Assembly: GCF_009914755.1 (NCBI RefSeq)
Contig: NC_060929.1
Source: the human T2T-CHM13v2.0 reference genome, Homo sapiens
Reading direction: 5' to 3' (one strand)
Length of the DNA: 64,000 nt
The notes below the pieces were generated by a model. That model was given only the letters and a program-made list of their open reading frames with translations, did not search any database and was not told where the DNA came from. A program made the position numbers and the translations under genes. Of the stretch, positions 56,231 through 64,000 are shown piece after piece. Numbering within the stretch: the stretch's first letter is position 1; each line of letters begins with the position of its first letter.

Positions 56231-56552
56231 TAAAATTGAAATGTAAAAGGGGAAGCAAATGAGTTGGGAAAGGTGTGGGGCAAAGGTGAAAGAAGAAAAA
56301 ATATGCCAAGAAGAGAAAAGGAGAAAACAGGAAAAATATTTTTTGTTGACTAAATATAACAGAAGAATAGGTAAAGGGCAGGCGTGTTAATAGATGATGA
56401 GACAAGCGGCGCAGGAACCTCCAAGAGGAGACCGTCAGCCACAACACCATGTGTCTCTACCTGGGCCCTTGTTCCACAACTTTGCAGTAAGCACTTGTCT
56501 CTGTTTTGAAATAGGCGGGGCACCCAGCACCCTTAATTCCCCTTCCTGAGAG

Positions 56553-57009
56553 TGTTGGATGGCGTCCATTTGCCCCTCCATGTCTACTCCTGACTTTTCT
56601 CCACCTCGCTCTGTTTGAAAGGCTGACTTCCAAGGATGGCACCGTGGGCTCCCTGGTCCTCTAGATTCTGGTTTAGCCAATGGGAGGCAGCAGCAGGAGA
56701 CTGAAAGAAAGGAAGGGAAAAGGACCAGTGCCCCCACTGCCAGGCCATGCGTTGGAAGTGGCTGCCTTTCTTCGCATGTACCAGAGCTTCTACAGTGTCA
56801 CCACACTTCACGAATAGCTCCTTACCCTTTCAGGGCTAGGAGTGGAAATGGCTTCTCACAGCTGCTGGCCCTGGAGAACTTCACTGTCTCCTGTTCATTT
56901 TCCATATTCCTACTTATGCCTTATAATTATGGTAGTTTTTCATTAAACTCTTTTGAGTCATCACAGTTGAGAGTGCCATCTATTTCCTGACAAGAATATT
57001 ACTAATAAA
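56553..57009 (+). mobile_element. LTR33-like ERVL solo LTR
   Basis: ggtttagccaatgggaggcagcagcaggaga...ttcattaaactc...gagagtgccatctatttcctg. Confidence 0.7.
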
Positions 57010-57404
57010 TCAGGCTTGCAGAATCCCCTACCTTGGGGGACATAGACCTCTTTATAGAAGCCCAATGCTCCTTTTCTCAGTTTCCCTTGCAACTGGGCTC
57101 CACCAATGGGGTGCACCCACCTGAGAGTTTAAATCTGAAGCTGGAAGAGCAAAAGGATGAACTGAATAGAATCCAACCTGGTGGGGAAGACTGCAGGTTT
57201 GATCAATTCCTAGCTGTATAGGCTCTAAGTCTAGTTTTTCAACCTCTGCTAGAATTCTGAAAATAATGTCCTCTGTTTCACCAAGCCAGAACTGAATTCC
57301 ACGGTTGACAGCTGAGATGACTGAGAATGCCCTCTTCTTGATCCCGTAACTCTTGATGCCTGACTGATTCTTCTAACATTCTCTCATTGTAGGTTAAGTT
57401 TGAC

Positions 57405-59746
57405 TTTTTTTTTATAGTTTCATTTTATTTTTAAGTGACAAATAATAATTGTTTATTATTTATGGGTTACAATGTAATGTTTCAATACACGTATACATTA
57501 CAGAATGATCACATCAGCCTTACTAGCATATCCATCACCTCAGATATTTATCATTTATTTGTGGTGAAAGCATTTAAAATCCTCTTTTTTAAAACCCTCT
57601 CTTTTAGCTATTTTGAAATATACATTATTATTAACTATAGTCACCTTGCTGTGCAATAGAACACCAGAACTGATTTCACCCAACTCTAACTTTGTACCTG
57701 TTGACCAATGTCTCCCTTTTCCCAATCCACCATGTCCACCTCCCTCCGCAGCCCCTGGTTACCACCAATCTACTCTCTACTTCTCTGGGTTTGACTTTTT
57801 TCGATTCCACATGTCAGTGAGAACATATCGCATTTGTCTCTCTGTGCCTGGCTTCTTTCACTTAACATAATATCTTCTAGGTTCATCCACATTGTTGCAA
57901 ATGACAGAATTTCCTGTTTGTGTAAGGTTGAGTACTATTCCATTGTCTATCTACATCACATTTTAAAAAATTCATTCATCTGTTGATGAGTGCTTAGGTT
58001 GTTTCCATAGCTTGGCTATTGTGAATAATGCTGCAATAAACATGAAGCATCTCTTCGCCATACTGATTTCCATTCCTTTGGATATATACCCAGTGGTAGG
58101 ATTGCTGTATCATATGGTAGCTCTATTTTTAATTTTTTTAGATGCCTCCATACTGATTTCCAAAATGGCTCCACTAATTTACAATACCATCAGCAGTATA
58201 TAAGGGTTCCCTTTTCTCCACAACGTTTCCAAAACTTACCTTTCATCTTTTTGATAGTAGTCAATCTAACAGGTGTAAGGTAATATCTCATTGTGGTTTT
58301 AATTTGCATTTCTCTGATGATTAGTGATGTTGAGCATTTTTTTCATTTCTGTAGGCCATTTGTATGACTTCTTTTGAGAACTGTCTATTCAAGTCATTTG
58401 TCTGTTTTTTAATAGAGTTCTGTTCTTGTCATTGAGCAGTTTGAGTTCCTTGTATATTTTGGATATTAGTCCCTTATCCTATGTACAACTGGCAAATATT
58501 TTCTCCTAATCCTTGGGTTGTCTTTTCGCTCTATTAATTGTTTCCTTTGCTATGCAGAAGCTTTTTAGTTTGACACAATTTTACTTGTCTGTTTTTACTT
58601 TTGTTGCCTGTGCTTTTGGGTCACACTCAAGAAATCTTTGCCCTGACCAATGTCATGGAGAATTTCCTGTATGTTTTCTTCCAGTAGATTTATAGTCGTA
58701 GGTCCTAAATTTAAGTCTTTAATTCATTTTGAGTTGATTCTTATATAAGGGGTGAGATAAGGGTCCATTTTTATTCTTCTGCATGTTGATATCCAGTTTT
58801 ATCAGCATCATTTATTGAAGAGTCTGTCATTTTTGCATTATGTGTTCTTGGCACCTTTGTCAAAAACCAGTTGACCATAGATGTGTGGTTTTATTTATAA
58901 ACTCTCTATCCTATTTGATGTGTATGTTTTTATGCCAGTACCACACAGTTTCGATTACTATAGCTTTGTAATATACTTTGAAATCTGGTAGTGGCAGTAT
59001 TATGCCTCCAGTTTTCCTCTTTTTGGTCAAGATTACTTGGCTATTTGGGATTTTTGTGGTTCCACATTAATTTTAGGTTTGTATTTTATATTTCTGTGAA
59101 GAATCACATTGGATTTTGATAGGGATTGCATTGAATCTATAGATCACCCTGGATAATAAGGACATTTTAACAATATTAATTCTATCTGTAAACACAGGAA
59201 ATATTTCTATTTATTCGTGTCATCTTCAATTTTTTTAATCAATGTTTTACAGTTTTCATCACTTCCTTGCTTAAATTTACTCCTAAGCATTTTATTTATT
59301 TTGTGATGCTATTTTAAGTGGGATTGTTTTCTTAATTTCTTTTTCAGATCATTTGCTGTTGGTGTATAGAAATGCTGCTGATTTTTGTAAGTTGATTTTG
59401 TATCCTGCAATTTACTGAATTCATTTATCAATTCTAACAGTGTTTTTTTGGTGGAGTCGAGGATTTTCTATATATAACATTATATTTAGTGCAAACAGAG
59501 ACAATTTCCCTTCATTCTTTCCTATTTTGATACCTTTTATTTCTTTCCCTTGCCTAATTTTTCTGGCTAGGATTTCCAGTACTGTGTTGAACAGAAATGG
59601 TAAGAGTGGGCATCCGTGTCTTGTTCCTGATCTTAGAGGAAAAGCTTTCAACTTTTCACCGATGAGTATGACATTAGCTGTGGGCTTGACATATATAGCC
59701 TATATTGTGTTGCGAAACATTCCTTTTACACCTGATTCGTTGAGAG
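57405..59746 (-). mobile_element. 5'-truncated L1MA (about 2.3 kb; 3' UTR plus ORF2 RT/C-terminal part)
   Basis: The reverse frame [44 protein letters not shown] is L1 RT; possible TSD aagtttga / aaatttga. Confidence 0.92.
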
Positions 59747-60519
59747 CAAATTTGATGTTAATACCTCTCATTCCTACAGGGAACATTGTTTTCTTTTTTT
59801 CCAGTCTCTAAGATTGATCTTACATAACTTGACTTAAAAAATAATATTAATAATAATAAACCTGTAAAAGTAGATCACTTGGAAATTAGAAAAATAGAGT
59901 TGCTATTTGGTCTGCAGGAGGTCCTGAATCCAAACATTCTTCTCCTCTCATTAGCCCTGGCCTTAGTCTGCTCGTTAGTGGTTTCCAGAGAAACTCTACT
60001 TCTGACTTCTTGCCCTCACATTATCTAAAGATTAACCATGAAGAGTTACACTGACAAGACTATTTCTGACCCTGGCCTTTTGCTGCTTTTCCGAGGAGGC
60101 TAAGTGTGACTCAAATTAAGAAAGGGGAGAAAAACCCTTCTAAATAATGTGTGACCTATGTTATTAAACACATTCTGTAGGTTTTCACTATACACAACTA
60201 ATATATATGGCCATGTGCACATGAGTGTTTTAACCCAAGGGACTGCAGAATATATCCCAATTTACTTTTGTTCTGATGGACTGCTCAGAAACTGGATATT
60301 GGGGGATTTCATTTTCAATTTGATAATCCCTATTGTGGATTCCAAGCCAGTTCCAGTCATCCCATTTCACACAAAATCTAAGAAATAGGCTCAATTTATC
60401 CATAGCTTGAAAGTAGAGTATGTGGTACATTATTCCACGAGGGCAGTCATCAACACCTGCTAATCATTACTGTATGTTTTCATATATTTTCTCTCACAAC
60501 CCACCAGCACCTAATATTC

Positions 60520-61310
60520 TAGCTGGTAGGAGGCTTAAAATTCATCTGGTTAAATTCCTCTCTTTTATATATACAAAGAAACTGGATTCAGAAATGTGAA
60601 GTGTTGCCCAGGTCAGGCAGCTGCTAAAAGGCAAACCCAGATGCCAACATAATTCTTTTTTGGCTCCCAAATGAGTGTACCTTCAAACCTCAGGAATCTA
60701 ACTCTCCAAATAACAAGGGGGAAAAAAAACAGCTTCAGGTCTTTATTTAATAGAGGTCTTTCAAAAATCCAGAGGTCCATTACATTTGCCTAAAAAAAAT
60801 AGTTATCTGTAGGAGGAAATAAAAAAGAATGTGCTATTTACATTTTAGATAGGAGGAAACTGAAGAATAGAAAATACTTCTAAGATTTTTGTGATAGTAA
60901 CAAAATCAAGCATAGAGCTTTGTCAAAAGAGCTCACTTTGTAAAGTGAACCATCTTTGGACAGTAAATGTGGTAACAAGTAAAATGGTGATTCAAAAAGA
61001 AATCAAAGTGCTAGTTGCGGAATTGGTTGAGCGCCCTCTGTTTCAGGCCAAGCGACTGAGGCAGTGATTTCGGCAGATCAGGGCTCTCTGCATGGCTGAG
61101 GAGGAGAGGACAGGGCCAGGAGCATGGGCCTGGAATACGGCTCTTCAGTCAGATCCTGCGCCATAACTCCCAATCTGTGTGATCTTGGCAATTTAGGGAG
61201 CTACATCTCCTCATTTGTAAAATGTGGAAACAATTATACCACTTCATGTGGTTATTATGAAACTTGGGATCTGGTATGCAATAAGTTTTCTCATTTTCAT
61301 TATCAACAAA
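60520..61310. mobile_element. Two MIR fragments (- 60520-60690; + 61090-61310)
   Basis: gaagtgttgcccaggtcaggcagct; ctgtgtgatcttggcaa...tcctcatttgtaaaatg. Confidence 0.6.
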
Positions 61311-61412
61311 AGAGTCTAAGCACAGATCTATGAGTTCACACAGGGCCTGTCTTAGCAGTTACCTCTTTCGAAATTTGGTGGATGGGAAATGAAAAACGCG
61401 TGCTCAGAACAG

Positions 61413-61426
61413 CCACTAGAGGGAGC
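61413..61426 (+). promoter_or_regulatory. Candidate CTCF site
   Basis: CCACTAGAGGGAGC, one mismatch to the consensus, in a locally CpG-containing unique segment. Confidence 0.5.
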
Positions 61427-61730
61427 TCTCAGGTCACCCTGGCATGGTGGAGGCCGGGCGCCCCGGCAGCCCAGATACATACCCAGGCATTCCCACCTGG
61501 TACCAGCAAGCACAGGACCTTACAGGAAACCCAACACCCTAAGGCTGAGGCCCACGGATTTGCAGATCAGATCTCCTCCTTAAGCTGAGGTTTCTGTGGG
61601 AAGGCACTTTTCAAGTAGCCTGAAACTGCTGTTCTTCACTGTGTTCAGAACTCAGTTGTGGAGTGTTTCTGACAATAGACTGAGATACTTAAACAGGAAG
61701 GAGACTGTGTGTGTGTCCATCTACTCCCGA

Positions 61731-61826
61731 TGATAGATAAATAGATAGATAGGTAGGTAGATAGGTAGATAGATAGATAGATGACAGATAGATAGATGAC
61801 AGATAGATAGATAGATAGATAGATAA
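61731..61826. repeat. Compound (GATA)n/(GGTA)/(GACA) tetranucleotide STR
   Basis: Direct reading. Confidence 0.95.
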
Positions 61827-63505
61827 ACAGAAGATAGCAGAGTCACAGTTGCCCCTTTATAAATGTAACCACAACTGTGCATTTCTAAGTGGGGACAAAA
61901 TGGAGGGAGCTGTGGGGACTGTGGACACTCTGGGAGCCTGACCCACTGTGTGTTCTTTTAGAATTGCAGGGCCTGGGGCTGGGGCAGGGAGGGCACTGCC
62001 AATCTCTAAGTGGCACAGCACCTACAGCCTGCCTGGGTTCATTTCAGGCAAAATGTGTGTGTTCTCTTTAGGGTGAGGCAAGAGCCAAGCGCCCCAGGCC
62101 AAGGATGGAGGATGTGCTTGCCCTCATCCCAAGCCCATGTCTCTGCCCCACTGCGCCAACATCACCCCCCACCGCCCTGCTCAGGCATAACCTTCATGGT
62201 CCCTCTCTTCTCCTTACCAAATCTAAAATGCTGAGAAAGAATCTGATTTCCTTGTTTACTCCTCAGGTTGATTTAGCACTTACATCTTAAAACCTAGCCG
62301 TAATTTTTGATTTACAGGCTTTGTTTTTGCTGACTCCTTTCAACTCTCACCTTCCAGCATCTTCAACTGTCACCCCAAGCCCAGAACAGTCATCATCATC
62401 AGACTGAAGTGTCTTACCCATTGCTTCTGTGAACTTCTAAGAGCAAAAGTATGGGGAGTTTCTTCACTGAAGACGCTCTCCCTGACTTCCTGTTCTCCTC
62501 ACATCCTGTCACTAAGCTCCTGGCTTCATCGGGTCAGTTCTGACTTGCAGGGGTGAAGAGAGACTGGTAGAGGCAGAGGGAGGTCACATGCTGGCTCCCA
62601 GGTCAGGGTGCAAAGCAGTCTGCAGCCTCGGAGAGAGGCTGTCTGTTGTCATTTCTCTCTGTAAGGGTCCAGGCCTTGCCATGAGGGTGAAGGTCACCCC
62701 AAAAGTCCACTGCAGTTTTCCATCCTCTAATCTGAAGCCAGACCTTTGTTCTGGCCCCTTCAGCTCTGAAGCGGCTGAACCATTTCCCTGCTGGCCTCAT
62801 GTCCAAGCTCTTTGACTTTTGGGTGCAAACGATGTCTGGACAGCTGCTGGCCTTAACTTGGCGGCTGGACCTCTGGGCTCTGCTCTCGGGAAGTCTGACT
62901 CACTTTGCTGGGGTTATGCCCTCCCTGTTTCTTTCCATCTCCTCTCCCCTTTTTTCCTTTTGGGCTCAGACACTGGGCGGCCCCCAGCCCCTCTTGCTCA
63001 ACCTACAGACCTCTTCAACCTCTTTTTGCCTTAGAAAAATCAGTTTTGTAAAATCCATTAACGTCCTAACAAGAATTCCAAGTCACAAGCATTCCCATTA
63101 GGGTGCCCACCTCCCAGTCATTTCTCCCCTTCCCCACCTCCCTCTGTGGGGATTTGTAGTAGAAATGCGTAGAAGAAATGCTTGTGGAAGGAACTATCAT
63201 CTTTCCCTGTGAAGTCCTGAAGATCTCCCCTTAATGTTTCGAAAATAGTGGAGCCTACAATTGCTCTTTGAGTTGGGGGCATTGTTGGCCATTTGCTTGT
63301 TTTTCAACTACAAGAGCCTTTTCCCTCCTTCAAAAACCAACCACACACACAAAAACCCACATGAGCCATCCTGTCTTGGATATGCATCCCTGGGGTTAGC
63401 CCAGTGCTGGTTTTTATGTGTCTGCAAAATTCCTCCATTACCCACCCTAAATTGTCACCTCATTTCTTGCCAGTCTGGATCTACACACTGAGACCAGGAG
63501 ACCAT

Positions 63506-63600
63506 AAAAAAAGAGAGAGAGAGAGAAAGGAAGAAAGAGAAAGAAAGAAACAGAGAGAGAAGAAAAGAAGGAAAGAAAGAAAGAAGAAAGAAAGAAAGAG

Positions 63601-63646
<46 letters not shown>

Positions 63647-63705
63647 GAAGGAAGGAAGGAAGGAAGGAAGGAAGGAAGAAAGGAAGGAAGAAAGAAAGAG
63701 AAAAG
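63506..63705. repeat. 200-bp polypurine tract: (GA)n, (GAAA)n, (GGAA)8
   Basis: Only one pyrimidine (C at 63551) in 200 nt. Confidence 0.95.
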
Positions 63706-64000
63706 CACATACATACAGCAAAGAGGAATTGATTGTGTTTGCTTCTTGCCTCAGGGATAGTTTGTTGCCATTGATTTCAGGTCATCTGGAATATACAATT
63801 TTGCCAGTCCTTTAACCACAGTTTTAGTAAATAGGATAATTAATTGAGCAGATTTTAAAAACAAAGTTCTATGAGAGATCTCTCCATGGTAGCCCCCAAA
63901 TCCAGTGCTCTGTCTTCTCTCAATGCTACAATGACTCTCCACTGTGCTCAAATGCATGCCATTTGTGCATCCACTTCTGGCCTCTAACAGGAGGTGAATA

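Noticed and set aside
63404-63760. K/E/R-rich and F/L/S-rich ORFs (also 44434-44813, 7658-7963, 20142-20324)
   Set aside because: Translations of microsatellites and low-complexity tracts.

Overview
Primate, almost certainly human, genomic DNA (many Alu, L1, L2, MIR, MER and MLT repeats; AT-rich). The only real coding sequence is the last exon of RAB3C on the + strand (25761-25948), encoding ...[10 protein letters not shown]...[10 protein letters not shown]. It follows about 25.7 kb of intron and is followed by a repeat-poor 3' UTR of about 8 kb ending near AATAAA at 33960. The rest is repeat-rich downstream intergenic DNA; the other listed ORFs lie in repeats, overlap the RAB3C exon out of frame, or have no recognisable product. 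I found no convincing new gene or multi-gene system. The most unusual signals are small structural scars: a 39-bp perfect inverted templated insertion copied from 1.2 kb upstream; a MER5A transposon with an inverted duplication of its own flank; an Alu inserted antisense into another Alu's tail; an L1 with matched TSDs that lacks its RT region; and a tailless Alu. There are also candidate CTCF and 3' UTR regulatory motifs. Repeat subfamily names were assigned by eye and old-repeat boundaries are approximate.
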